NCBI GenBank assembly: GCA_964220215.1
Contig: CAXPTH010000006.1
Coordinates: forward strand, 59,757-123,756
Length of the DNA: 64,000 nucleotides
Direction of reading: 5' to 3'
From: Alteromonas sp.
Lineage (GTDB): Bacteria > Margulisbacteria > Marinamargulisbacteria > UBA6595
Shown here: one piece after another, positions 51,110 to 61,251 of the stretch
Layout: each line of letters opens with the position of its first letter
Numbering within the stretch: the first letter of the stretch is position 1
Program-made: the position numbers and the translations under genes
The notes under the pieces: model-generated
The model's input: the letters and a program-made list of their open reading frames with translations, nothing else
Database searches by the model: none
Told to the model about the DNA's origin: nothing

Positions 51110-52401
51110 TGGAGAGGGAATTGATCGTGGGCCACAATAGCATCCAAAGACTCGCGCTGAACCAACACCGCCGAACGTCCAGCATCCACTAGGACCATCG
51201 CCGGTTTGCAATACCGATTGTAATTGGATGCCATGGAATAGGTATACGCACCGGTGCTACACATGGCTACATAATCCCCCACACAAACCGTGGGCAACTC
51301 AATATGTTCGGCCAATTTATCCCCGGATTCACAAAACTTGCCCGCAATGCTATACCGCTGGGTGGGGGTGTTGGGTTGCGCTTTTTGGACCAAGGCAACC
51401 CCGTGTTGGGCGCCATAAATAAGGGGGCGGCTATTGTCGGCCATGCCACCATCCACAAACAAGTACGTCACATCCCCCGCTTGTTTAATTGCCCCCACAT
51501 GGTACACAGTGATTCCGGCACGCCCCATGATGAACCGGCCAGGCTCAATGAGAATCTTAGGCATTGGAATTCCAGCCTGGGGGAGTGCGGATACGGTATG
51601 AATCATGGGCTCTAGAATGGCGTGAATATCGGCTGGATGGTCCGATTCGATGTATCGAATACCAAAGCCGCCGCCCAAGTTTAGCTGCTGAACCGTGACG
51701 CCCAAGTCCGTGTATAGCGTGGTTACCCAGCCGGTCATTAGTTCCGCTAAGGCTTGAAAAGGTGCCGGGTCAAAAATTTGTGAACCCAAATGACTGTGAA
51801 TTCCCAGAAAGTTCAACACCGGTGTTTGCGTGACTTGCTGAACCAATGGAAGCAACTGCGCCTGATCAAATCCAAATTTAGATGTTTTTTGACCCGTTTG
51901 AATAAATTCATGGGTATGGGCTTCAATTTCAGGGTTCATCCGCAACAAAATATTGGCTTGGGTGTTGTGTTCCTGGGCAAGTCGTGAAATAGCGGCTAAT
52001 TCATAGGCATTGTCCACAATCAACCGGATGCCATGCTGAATGGCGGTTTCCAGTTCATGCTGAGATTTGTTATTCCCATGAAATACCAATCGATCGGGCT
52101 GAATGCCTGCCGTTAAGGCCGTATGCAATTCACCTAAAGACACCACATCAATACTCAAACCGTGTTGATGCATTCGATGGGCAATGCCTAAATTTAAACA
52201 CGATTTGCCGGCAAAAATGATTTCATGTTCAACGGAGCCAAACGCTGAGGTTAATGCCGAGATCTGGGCATCAATCGTTGCGTTGTCGATCACGTACAAG
52301 GGGCTGCCATATTGCCCGACTAAATCGGTGAGTGAGCAACCGCCCAGGTGCAAGGTCCCATTCACGTATTCCGCCGATAGCGGCAAAATGTCGTTATGCA
52401 C
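51100..52401 (-). CDS. lysA: Diaminopimelate decarboxylase
   Basis: HGNNKS, SKFG, HSHLGSQ, GGGFG, EPGR, CESGD, MASNYN; start approximate. Confidence 0.95.
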   Translation of the reverse strand: MHNDILPLSAEYVNGTLHLGGCSLTDLVGQYGSPLYVIDNATIDAQISALTSAFGSVEHEIIFAGKSCLNLGIAHRMHQHGLSIDVVSLGELHTALTAGIQPDRLVFHGNNKSQHELETAIQHGIRLIVDNAYELAAISRLAQEHNTQANILLRMNPEIEAHTHEFIQTGQKTSKFGFDQAQLLPLVQQVTQTPVLNFLGIHSHLGSQIFDPAPFQALAELMTGWVTTLYTDLGVTVQQLNLGGGFGIRYIESDHPADIHAILEPMIHTVSALPQAGIPMPKILIEPGRFIMGRAGITVYHVGAIKQAGDVTYLFVDGGMADNSRPLIYGAQHGVALVQKAQPNTPTQRYSIAGKFCESGDKLAEHIELPTVCVGDYVAMCSTGAYTYSMASNYNRYCKPAMVLVDAGRSAVLVQRESLDAIVAHDQFPLQWT

Positions 52402-52732
52402 TGGCACACACATACGCCACATCTGAAAAAGCATTGGGCTTTTTAATGGCGACCTGCACATTGGTTACGGTGTACTGTTGGGTTATATGCGTCTTAATGC
52501 GATGCAGCAAATGCTCCAATAAGCGCACGGGTGCCTGTGTTAGGGCAATAATATCCGCCCGGATGTTGGCGTAATCCACGGCATCCTCAATCCGATCGCT
52601 GTGTTGCGCCTGGCTAGCGTCATACTCAAAAGACACCGTAATGAATAAGGGTTGTTTTTGTGCCTGCTCAGTATCGGTAACCCCAATATTAGCCAACACA
52701 GCTATATCATTTAATACAATTTTTGTTCCCAT
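52394..52732 (-). CDS. folB: Dihydroneopterin aldolase
   Basis: IGVTDTEQAQKQ, AVDYA, LLEHL, IKKP. Confidence 0.85.
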   Translation of the reverse strand: MGTKIVLNDIAVLANIGVTDTEQAQKQPLFITVSFEYDASQAQHSDRIEDAVDYANIRADIIALTQAPVRLLEHLLHRIKTHITQQYTVTNVQVAIKKPNAFSDVAYVCASA

Positions 52733-52972
52733 AGATAGTATTATACTGAATTTTTTCTGGATGCGTGGGGTTTTTATTCAATTGTCGACGGATTTTGATT
52801 CAAACACGCTTTAAACACGGTAAATGACTCATTAAAAAACCAACTTTATATAATTTTAAATTAATTAAATAAATTGTTTTTTCAATTCTTATTAAAATTT
52901 TTGTTATTAATGAGAAGTCAATTTGGTTGTTTTTTTGGTTTGAGTTTTTGATTTTAAGGCATTTAGAGAATC

Positions 52973-53515
52973 GTGAGCATCCACTACATTTCATCATTAA
53001 TGCCAATTCGGGCGTCTCAAGTGTCTCCATTGAGATCCCGTATTGAGCAATTGATTCAATCCATTCGGACATCATTGTCCGTGGGCTCTATCCAGAATAT
53101 TATGGCTGCCTTGAATCAACTGCGGTCGTTGAATCCAACGATTTCGAACCAGTTAATGGGCAAGTTGTTGGCTGCGATTCAAGGGCATGTGGATGCTGTT
53201 ATGGCCAATGCAACGGTGACACAGGCAAAGCAATGCTTGGATTGTTTGGGTCGCTGTGCACAGGCGATGCCGGGGTTGGCCATGCGTATTCAAGATATTC
53301 AGCAACGGTTGGCGTGTTGGATTAAGAGTCAGGAACAGCCGTTGATGCGGGGTAAGCTATATCAATCGGCAGCCGTTCATTATGCCGTGATGCATGAAGC
53401 GGATCGCATTCAGCCGACGACACCGTCTCAGGGATTGGATGCGCCGGTTCTGGTTAAACCGGTGATGGTGGGTGGTATTCTTATTGAGCCGTATGGGGGA
53501 TTAGTGCCTGAATAA
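52973..53515 (+). CDS. Hypothetical helical protein
   Basis: 180-aa ORF after an AT-rich intergenic region. Confidence 0.55.
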   Translation: MSIHYISSLMPIRASQVSPLRSRIEQLIQSIRTSLSVGSIQNIMAALNQLRSLNPTISNQLMGKLLAAIQGHVDAVMANATVTQAKQCLDCLGRCAQAMPGLAMRIQDIQQRLACWIKSQEQPLMRGKLYQSAAVHYAVMHEADRIQPTTPSQGLDAPVLVKPVMVGGILIEPYGGLVPE

Positions 53516-55496
53516 TGCCCGGGGTTAATAATTCGGGTAAGACCTGAGGCGTGGGGGCGTAGCGTGGGTGATAAAACACGTAGGTGGGGACACCGGCTCG
53601 GTTCCACTGGGCCAAGGCTTGGGTAATGGCGGGGTCTTTTTGGGTCCAATCGGCGCGAATGCGAACAATATCGTGGGTGATGAACCAGGTGTTGATGCGG
53701 TCGGAATGCAGGGTGGTGGTTTTATTAGCTTGGCAGGTGATGCACCATTTGGCGGTGAAATCAATAAAATAAGGGGTTTGATTGTCCATCAGTGTTTCAA
53801 TTAATTCGGGGGTGTAGGCGATCCATTGGGTATGCGCATTGGCCGGAGCTGGAGCCGGTATATACAGCCCAGCACCCGTGCATAGCGTCAACAGTAGAAT
53901 GAGTATGGCGTTGGGAAATCGCTGGAATGCAATGCGAATGCCGATGCTTGCGATGCCCACACTGCTTAGAGCTATCCATACCAATCCCCCTTGATGATAC
54001 AAGACCCACACGAGCCAAAGAACGGTGGCGTATAATGGCAATGCAGCGAGTGGCTTTACCCACCGCAACCAGGGGCCGGATGCTGGAATGTTTTGAATCC
54101 ATTGTGGGTATAGGCTTAACACAAGAATAGGGCTGGCGAGACCCAGGCTGAGTCCGGTGAAAATAATCAGGGTGACGGGCCACGATTGGGTGAGGGAAAA
54201 TCCGATAGCGCTACCCATAAACGGTGCGGTACATGGTGTGGCTGTGAGTGTGGTCAAGATGCCATAGGCAAGAGACCCGGCGAGTCCGGATTGGGGGAGT
54301 TTGGTGGGCAATCGAACCGCAAGGCTAATGCCAAACGTTAGCCACAGGGCCATGGTAAAAAACAGCCAAAGCAAGAGCATCACCACGGCAGGCTCTTGGA
54401 GTTGGAACCCCCAGCCCAACTGATGACCGGCTTGCCGAGCGATTAGAATAATAATCGCCAAACTGAGCATGGTGATGCCAATGCCGGTGGTGTAGGCTAG
54501 GGCATGGGGGATGGGGCGGTTTCGATGTGCCAGTAGGTGCTGGGCTTTGATCACCAACATGGGGAAAACGCAGGGCATTAGGTTGAGCAGAAGTCCACCC
54601 ATGATGGCCAAGCCGAGCATGATCAGAATTTGGGGTATGGCGAGCCGGTCAAATAGGGGTTGGGGCGGGGTCCAATCCGGATGCACAGTGGGTATGGGTT
54701 TGAGTGGATAGTCGGGTGTGTCTGTTACGGGTAGTGTGAGGGATAGTGTGCTGAATTGCGGGGTGCATACATCGGTGCAAAGTAGCCAATCCACATGGGC
54801 AGTTAAGGTTGTGGATGTGTCCGGTATATCCCCGACGGTGATGGGGACCAAGAGCTGCACGGTTTGGGTATAGCCCCAGATCCGAAAGTCGCCTTCTCGC
54901 ATCCGTGAGGGTTTGGGGAAAAGCAGTGCGCCGGCTTGAATATGGGGGTGTGTCTCCCAGCGAACGGTGGGGCCTAGGCCGGTATCGCCTGGAAACTTCC
55001 AATAGGTATGCGCGCCAGTGGGTACTGACAATTGAATACCAATGGTCGTGGTGCTATTGGGAACCAGATGGCTGGTATACGGGATGAGTTGGGTGGCGGT
55101 GGATGTGGATGGGGGTGGTGTGTTTTGTTTATCGGCGATATAGGTAGCGAGTGCATAAATATCGGATTCAGTTAGTTTGTATTTCCATCCGGGCATGTTT
55201 GGGGGTATGCCATTGGCAATGATGCGTGCCAGTGCATTAACGTCGCCATTGGCTATGGGCGAGGGGCCGTTTAATAAAGCCGGTGCAATGGCGTCATTTG
55301 CCTGGCTGTGACTGGGCGTGATGCCCTCATGGCAGCGTGCGCAGCGCATGCGGTAGTGAATATCGGGGTTAAAGGCGTGGGTGTCGGTATTGGGTTCGGG
55401 CGCAAGCGGCCCGGCAATGGGCAGCAGTGTCAGGGAAAACAGTAGACCAACCAAGCCCACTGCGCTGAGTGTCCACAAAGCCGCTTTGTTTCGCAT
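53481..55496 (-). CDS. Cytochrome c domain fused to a DsbD-family thiol:disulfide interchange protein
   Basis: CARCH...MPGW; HTYWKFPGDTG, CTDVC; LMPCVFP and TPCTAPF; FTAKWCITC. Confidence 0.85.
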   Translation of the reverse strand: MRNKAALWTLSAVGLVGLLFSLTLLPIAGPLAPEPNTDTHAFNPDIHYRMRCARCHEGITPSHSQANDAIAPALLNGPSPIANGDVNALARIIANGIPPNMPGWKYKLTESDIYALATYIADKQNTPPPSTSTATQLIPYTSHLVPNSTTTIGIQLSVPTGAHTYWKFPGDTGLGPTVRWETHPHIQAGALLFPKPSRMREGDFRIWGYTQTVQLLVPITVGDIPDTSTTLTAHVDWLLCTDVCTPQFSTLSLTLPVTDTPDYPLKPIPTVHPDWTPPQPLFDRLAIPQILIMLGLAIMGGLLLNLMPCVFPMLVIKAQHLLAHRNRPIPHALAYTTGIGITMLSLAIIILIARQAGHQLGWGFQLQEPAVVMLLLWLFFTMALWLTFGISLAVRLPTKLPQSGLAGSLAYGILTTLTATPCTAPFMGSAIGFSLTQSWPVTLIIFTGLSLGLASPILVLSLYPQWIQNIPASGPWLRWVKPLAALPLYATVLWLVWVLYHQGGLVWIALSSVGIASIGIRIAFQRFPNAILILLLTLCTGAGLYIPAPAPANAHTQWIAYTPELIETLMDNQTPYFIDFTAKWCITCQANKTTTLHSDRINTWFITHDIVRIRADWTQKDPAITQALAQWNRAGVPTYVFYHPRYAPTPQVLPELLTPGIIQALIPHTAQ

Positions 55497-55529
55497 AGTA
55501 TTTTAGTTTAGCATAATGTAATTGTATGC

Positions 55530-56897
55530 TTATTGTACCCGGTATTTGCGTTCCCATTTTTGGATGGTCTCCAAGATTTTAGATTGATGGTCTTCTTTGA
55601 TTTTAGTGACAATGGTGTCTTTGATGGTGTCTATACAATGGTGTTGGATTTTGGGTACATTATTATGCTTTAAATTAAATATAAAACATAAAAAATCGTA
55701 GCCATCGTCCCGGAATGCTTTCCGAGTCTTTAATTCGCTTATTTTTTTTATAATATCAATACGATTTTCTCTGATGGCAATAAACAAGGGAAGGTTGGGG
55801 ATATCGTAGTCACTTTGTTTGGTGAATATTGACCTATGGGGTTGTGGGAGTGCTTCTATGACAGTGTTAAACACCGTGAGGTCGGTCATGGCGGCGGCAC
55901 TGATTAAGCGGCGTTTAAATTCGATGTCCTTTCGTGCATCATCTGGATAGCCATGGAGTTTGTTTATTTCAAGGATCAGTTGCTGTTGCATATTGGTGGT
56001 GCGCTCGGCTGTGGGCGCATCATCCATGGCTTTTGAATACAGCTCTAATCCGTTTGATATCCGTGTGGCCAACGCGTCTATCGTGTCCAACTTGGGTTTC
56101 GGGTTTGAATCGATAGGTTCAGGGTCTGTTTGGTCAACTGGGTGTTTATGATCTAAAACTATGAGTCGCTCAGTGGTTAGTTGCTTGGGGTTTAATTGAT
56201 AAACGCTAACGTAGGTAGTGGGTAAAACAGTGTTCCAATCAATAGGTATACGAGAACGTATGGGGCTGGCTTGGATACTGTTCAGCAGGTCTATGATTGA
56301 ATCGTTAATCGTTTTTTTCAATATACAGGCTTTGAGGTCGTTAGTTTTTTCGTTATGGGCATTGTTTTCATTAACGTGCCGATTTAAATAATGAAGGATT
56401 TGAATGAACCTATGAGCGTAATTATTGATAATTTTCACGGACGCATTGAGCTCTTGTTCAAGTGTCGCATGGTTGGCAGATTGGGTATCAATTTTGTGGA
56501 TGAATTCTTTTTTTTGTGATTTAGCTTCTTGCTTGGTTTTGTTATTTAAATTTTCAAGTTTAGTAATTTTTTCTTGTTTTTTAGTTAGTTCATCTTTAAG
56601 GTGCTCGACGTCTCGCTTAAGTCGGTCCGTTTCACTTTTGTAGTTATTCAATAGGGTTTGATGCGCATCTTTGTGCTGGTAATGGACGGTGTGAAGCATA
56701 TCAATGAGGGTTCGTAGATGGATGTTGGCGTTTCTAATGATTTGGTAGGCGTTGTTTAATTCTTTGTTTTTTTCTTCCAGCATTTGGCAGCGACGCTGTA
56801 GCTGCTCAACGGTATCGATTGTTTGTGCGTTGGGATTGCCTGGACGGTATTCCGCTGATGCAATTGGGTAGCTCACGCTCAGATTCCAGTGGATCAT
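55530..56897 (-). CDS. Orphan coiled-coil protein with a weak ankyrin-like segment
   Basis: Heptad-rich N-terminal half; LPLFIAIRENRIDIIKKI. Confidence 0.6.
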   Translation of the reverse strand: MIHWNLSVSYPIASAEYRPGNPNAQTIDTVEQLQRRCQMLEEKNKELNNAYQIIRNANIHLRTLIDMLHTVHYQHKDAHQTLLNNYKSETDRLKRDVEHLKDELTKKQEKITKLENLNNKTKQEAKSQKKEFIHKIDTQSANHATLEQELNASVKIINNYAHRFIQILHYLNRHVNENNAHNEKTNDLKACILKKTINDSIIDLLNSIQASPIRSRIPIDWNTVLPTTYVSVYQLNPKQLTTERLIVLDHKHPVDQTDPEPIDSNPKPKLDTIDALATRISNGLELYSKAMDDAPTAERTTNMQQQLILEINKLHGYPDDARKDIEFKRRLISAAAMTDLTVFNTVIEALPQPHRSIFTKQSDYDIPNLPLFIAIRENRIDIIKKISELKTRKAFRDDGYDFLCFIFNLKHNNVPKIQHHCIDTIKDTIVTKIKEDHQSKILETIQKWERKYRVQ

Positions 56898-57032
56898 GAT
56901 GCCTCAAATATATGGGGAAATTTTGTGAATAAAAACATAAAATTAAACGCTTAATAAATAGTAATGTTAAGCTAGCATAGTAACACATTTTGACAAGCGT
57001 TGTACGAATCACGCATAATTTTAAGAATAGAG

Positions 57033-58100
57033 ATGAAAAAGCATTTAGAAGCAATTATTCCGTACTCACCCGGCAAATCGAGTGCACATGCGGATGCCAT
57101 TAAGTTGTCATCCAATGAAAATTTGGCTGGATGCTCCCCGCATGTTCAGAAAGCGTTGCAGGCGGCTGTGGCAGATATTGCCTATTATCCCAATCAGACG
57201 CATGCCTTGGTCGCAGCGATTGCCAAGCATGTTGGGGTTTCGGAGGGCCATGTCATGGTTGGCAATGGTAGTGATGAGCTGATTACCCTGTTGGCTATGG
57301 GGTATTTAGAGCCTCAGCATACGGTCTTGAGTGCTGAGCAGACGTTTAGTCAATATCAATTTGCTGCTCAATTAATCGGGGCCCGGTATGCCGTTTCAAG
57401 CATGGTTGGGGATTCGTATGATTTGGATGCGATGGCGGATCAAATTACAGATTCGACTCGGTTGGTATTTATTGCCAATCCAAACAATCCAACGGGCACG
57501 ATGGTCACAGAGTCGGCGGTGGTTCGGTTTTTGAATCGTGTGCCGAGTTCTTGTCTGGTTGTATTGGATGAGGCGTATTATGAGTATGTTGAGCGCTCGG
57601 ATTACCCGAATGGGGTGGCCTTGTTGTCTCAGTTTCCGAATTTGGTGATTACCCGTACGTTTTCTAAGGCGTATGGGTTGGCTGGTTTGCGATTGGGCTA
57701 TGCCATTGCAAGTCCCGATATTATACGGGTATTGAATGTGGTTAAGCAGCCATTTCATGTGAATGCGTTGGCGATGCGTGCAGGCCTTGCAGCATTGGGA
57801 GACCCTGCGTTTATTCGGGAGTCGGTAGCGACTGTATCGGAGCAACGACAGCGAACCCTGGCGTTTTTGGATGGGTTTAAGGATCGCGGGGTGTCGTACA
57901 CGGATAGTGTGGCCAATTTTGTATTGATTGATTTGCCGATGACGGGTCAAGCCGCATTTGATTATTTGTATCAACGCGGTATTGTCGTGCGGGATTTGGC
58001 GAGTTTTGGCCGACCCCAGGCGATTCGGGTTACTGTTGGGCTCCCGAAGCATATGGATCGGTTTTTTTCTGCGTTTTCAGAATTAATGCGGTCAATTTAG
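57033..58100 (+). CDS. hisC: Histidinol-phosphate aminotransferase
   Basis: KLSSNEN, GNGSDE, NPNNPTG, DEAY, RTFSKAYGLAGLRLG. Confidence 0.95.
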   Translation: MKKHLEAIIPYSPGKSSAHADAIKLSSNENLAGCSPHVQKALQAAVADIAYYPNQTHALVAAIAKHVGVSEGHVMVGNGSDELITLLAMGYLEPQHTVLSAEQTFSQYQFAAQLIGARYAVSSMVGDSYDLDAMADQITDSTRLVFIANPNNPTGTMVTESAVVRFLNRVPSSCLVVLDEAYYEYVERSDYPNGVALLSQFPNLVITRTFSKAYGLAGLRLGYAIASPDIIRVLNVVKQPFHVNALAMRAGLAALGDPAFIRESVATVSEQRQRTLAFLDGFKDRGVSYTDSVANFVLIDLPMTGQAAFDYLYQRGIVVRDLASFGRPQAIRVTVGLPKHMDRFFSAFSELMRSI

Positions 58101-58271
58101 AAGGGTTTTAGTAGGGCAAAGCTATTGTTTTAAAAAATTGATAATTTTTTGCTATCAGTTAATCGGTTTTGTTTTGTATTATTGTGTAATTCTCGAAGCG
58201 TTAGTCAGTAATGGGCTGAAGGGCTAGATTTAGAATAGCTCTTAGATGCAACTCTAATAATGATATTTTTG

Positions 58272-58300
58272 TTGACAAATATTTATTTTTACACTATAAT
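58272..58300 (+). promoter_or_regulatory. Consensus sigma70 promoter
   Basis: TTGACA-17 nt-TATAAT, with RBS agggggag before ATG 58361. Confidence 0.8.
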
Positions 58301-58360
58301 CAATTTAGTTTTTTAGTTTGAAAATTATTTAATATAAAAAAATAAATAGGGGAGAATTAA

Positions 58361-60118
58361 ATGGTTGCAACGCGCGAATCAAAATTAGAGATTAAATCTG
58401 CAAGACCTGCATCAGCACAATCAAGAAGGCCAGGGTCAGAAATAGCTTCAAGTTCCAGTCGCGGACCTGAATCACCGCCAAGAGCTCTTTTGGGACCTCC
58501 AACAGAAGCTTGGGTATCTTCAAAACAAGTACCTTCACAAGTCCCTTCATCAGGGGCATCGTCAAGCCAAGTTTCTCCAGCACCAGATCCAGGATTAATT
58601 GGAAAACCATCAAGGCCAGGGTCAGAAATAGGGTCAGAAATAGGGTCAGAACCTTGGGGGCCTCCAAAAGTTGCTTGGGCATCATCAAGCAAAGTTTCTC
58701 CAGCACCAGATCCAGAAGTAATTGGAAACCAATCAGAAAAATTGAAAGAAGTAGTAGTAAAAAAACCATTATCGCCAAAAGAAGCCTTAAAGCAGCTTTA
58801 TGATCTTTTAAATCTTTATGATCTTTTAAATCAAGGGACTGTTGCAAAAAGCGCATTTATTAATCACGCTGACATTGATGAATCTGAATCGGAAGCAATC
58901 TGGAATAGTTTGAAACAAGCAGGTGTTTTCGATGACAGTGGTAAAATAAACACAGAAACTGCGATCAATCAGGATAATGTAGACTCATGGCTGGATGGAA
59001 GATTCGAAAATGTCAGGTTACATGTTTTAGGTATTTTGCAACAGGCCCATCAAAGAAATGAAGATTTATCGCCTATATTAGAATTTTTTAAAGAACGTAT
59101 AAGATGTCTAAATGAAGGTGAATTAGAAGATATTATCTCTTTTGAAGCATTTAGTCCGAGCAGTAATGTGACTGTTTCAGAAAACGCATTTGTTAAAGAA
59201 GATATTAATGATGAAAAATCAAAAGAAATCTGGGATGCTTTAAAATTAAACGAATTTTTGGATCAAGAAGGTAAAATTGTTTTAGATGAAAATGGGAAAC
59301 CCAAAGAAATAACTGCCAGTAAGCTTAATTTCATACAAGAAAATCTCAAGGATCATGTTATATCCACTTTGCAACAGTCGTCAAATCGCTTCATCCTTAA
59401 CGCTGTCATGATAAGTCTAAATAGGGCCAAAGACCATCATGGACCGTATACTATTGAATCGATTAAAGACCTCATTCGTAACAACATAAAAAAATGCCCA
59501 GACTGTCGTGTGCCTATTGAAAAAATTGTTAGCTTTAGAGATTATCTTGCAAACATTCAAAAAGAGATTAATGATTCTATAAAAAACTCAGATAACAAAA
59601 ATACATTGAATTCACTCGTTGATCAATTGATAGGCCAGTGTGATTTAAGAAAAAATGAGGATATTGATGAAATCATCAAGAAAATCAATGAAGAATTGCA
59701 GCCTCCTGCAGCTCCTATACCTCCTGCAGCTCCTATGCCTCCTGCAGCTCCTATACCTCCTGCAGCTCTTTTCGAGGCAATTATTCATACATCGATAGCC
59801 GCAGCGTCATTATATGTTTATGATGATAAATTATCAGAAGAAGTATTAGCCGCATCACTATTACTATTAGCGAGCTCATTAAGATTAGGTGGTGGTTTTT
59901 GTACGCTTTCAGATCGTGTTGATTTTTTAATTAGAAAAGCGCTTCCTGAATTGATGATTATGGGTTCAATAATTGCAACACTGTGTCTAGCGGATTATAC
60001 ATCTATTGATCAGAGCGCTCGTGAACAGAAGCTGTATACGGATTGTGTGGAAACATATGGTTTACTTCGTTTATATTTATATTGTGCTTGGGCCTACTAC
60101 TCGTTATGTTATATGTAA
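58361..60118 (+). CDS. Orphan repeat-rich protein with a split U-box/RING-like motif and C-terminal TM helices
   Basis: S/P-rich repeats, two 70-aa modules, HGPYTIESIKDLI...KCPDCRVPI, PPAAP repeats, hydrophobic end. Confidence 0.7.
   Translation: MVATRESKLEIKSARPASAQSRRPGSEIASSSSRGPESPPRALLGPPTEAWVSSKQVPSQVPSSGASSSQVSPAPDPGLIGKPSRPGSEIGSEIGSEPWGPPKVAWASSSKVSPAPDPEVIGNQSEKLKEVVVKKPLSPKEALKQLYDLLNLYDLLNQGTVAKSAFINHADIDESESEAIWNSLKQAGVFDDSGKINTETAINQDNVDSWLDGRFENVRLHVLGILQQAHQRNEDLSPILEFFKERIRCLNEGELEDIISFEAFSPSSNVTVSENAFVKEDINDEKSKEIWDALKLNEFLDQEGKIVLDENGKPKEITASKLNFIQENLKDHVISTLQQSSNRFILNAVMISLNRAKDHHGPYTIESIKDLIRNNIKKCPDCRVPIEKIVSFRDYLANIQKEINDSIKNSDNKNTLNSLVDQLIGQCDLRKNEDIDEIIKKINEELQPPAAPIPPAAPMPPAAPIPPAALFEAIIHTSIAAASLYVYDDKLSEEVLAASLLLLASSLRLGGGFCTLSDRVDFLIRKALPELMIMGSIIATLCLADYTSIDQSAREQKLYTDCVETYGLLRLYLYCAWAYYSLCYM
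59702..59769 (+). repeat. 18-bp tandem coding repeat, about 4 copies (PPAAPI/M)
   Basis: cctcctgcagctcctat(a/g) repeated. Confidence 0.9.
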
Positions 60119-60231
60119 ATAGCGATTGTTTAGCACCCGCTGCTTTTTCTGCCTTTTTTCTTACTTCTTCTTAACTGGGGTCATTCGATCCAGCGAGCCA
60201 CGCAGTGTGTGGTATACTAAAATTCATAGAA

Positions 60232-61251
60232 ATGAAGCATACATGTTTACACGCTAAACACCAAGCATTGGGCGCCAAGCTTGTTCCGTTTGTTGACTGG
60301 GAAATGCCCATTTGGTACACCAGTATTCAGTCCGAGCATACCGCCGTGCGAACGCGTAGCGGTGTTTTTGATGTGTCGCATATGGGCTTGTTTGCCTTGT
60401 CCGGGTCTCCCGATGCCTTTGGGCAATTGCAGCGTTTGTCCTGCCAAACTTTAGCCGGCATTGAGTCTGGTAAATTGGTGTATACATTTTTACTCAATGA
60501 ATCTGGGGGGATTTTAGATGATGTGGTTGTGGGTCAATCCGAGCCGGGGCATTGGTTCATGGTGGTCAATGCCAGCAACCAAGCTAAAATACACGCCTGG
60601 CTCCGTACCCAATGCCCCGATATTGCCCTCACAGTTTGCAACGATCGCGATGGGTTGATTGCGTGGCAAGGTCCCGAGGTGGCGCAATGGGTGAATCTTG
60701 AAGGCTTCCGGCCCTGGACACACGAACACCGGTCGATTTTGGGCTACTCAGCCCGAGTGATGCGAACCGGCTACACTGGCGAGGATGGGGTCGAGATTTG
60801 GGCCTCCCATGCGACTATACAGGGAATATGGGAGGAACTGATGGGCTTGGGTGTGGTTCCGTGTGGGTTGGGATCCCGCGATACATTGCGCATTGAAGCG
60901 GGTTTGCCGTTGTATGGGCAGGAATTGGACGAGACCATTACGCCGTATCACACTCGGTATGCCCGTCTAGTCAAAACCCATGCCTTTATTGGTTCAGAGG
61001 CCTTGCAAAGCGTCAATCCCACGGAGACAACGATGGTGGGTTTGGTGTTAAACGGTGGGGCGATTGCCCGAACAGGCTCTGAAATTGTGGGTGGGGGTCG
61101 CGTGACATCGGGGACCCGAGTTGGGACTCAGTCTATTGCCATGGCTCGGGTGTCGCCAGCTCAAGCCCAACAATCGGAATTGCAGGTATGCATTCGGGAT
61201 CGCCAGCATACAGCCCAGGTGGTCCCGTTGCCATTTTTAAACCGTTCATGA
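60232..61251 (+). CDS. gcvT: Glycine cleavage system aminomethyltransferase T
   Basis: FDVSHMG, GGILDD, VNASN, RTGYTGEDGVE, GLGSRDTLRIEAG. Confidence 0.92.
   Translation: MKHTCLHAKHQALGAKLVPFVDWEMPIWYTSIQSEHTAVRTRSGVFDVSHMGLFALSGSPDAFGQLQRLSCQTLAGIESGKLVYTFLLNESGGILDDVVVGQSEPGHWFMVVNASNQAKIHAWLRTQCPDIALTVCNDRDGLIAWQGPEVAQWVNLEGFRPWTHEHRSILGYSARVMRTGYTGEDGVEIWASHATIQGIWEELMGLGVVPCGLGSRDTLRIEAGLPLYGQELDETITPYHTRYARLVKTHAFIGSEALQSVNPTETTMVGLVLNGGAIARTGSEIVGGGRVTSGTRVGTQSIAMARVSPAQAQQSELQVCIRDRQHTAQVVPLPFLNRS

Noticed and set aside
57396..58856. Long antisense ORFs (57396-58052, 58357-58692, 58392-58856) and similar shadow ORFs elsewhere
   Set aside because: They overlap better-supported genes on the opposite strand and show no recognisable motifs
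60100..60118. Second CaaX box at the end of the 585-aa ORF
   Set aside because: Ends LCYM, so the Cys is at -3, not -4
60119..60231. Glycine riboswitch before gcvT
   Set aside because: No GGAGA/CCGAAG aptamer motifs
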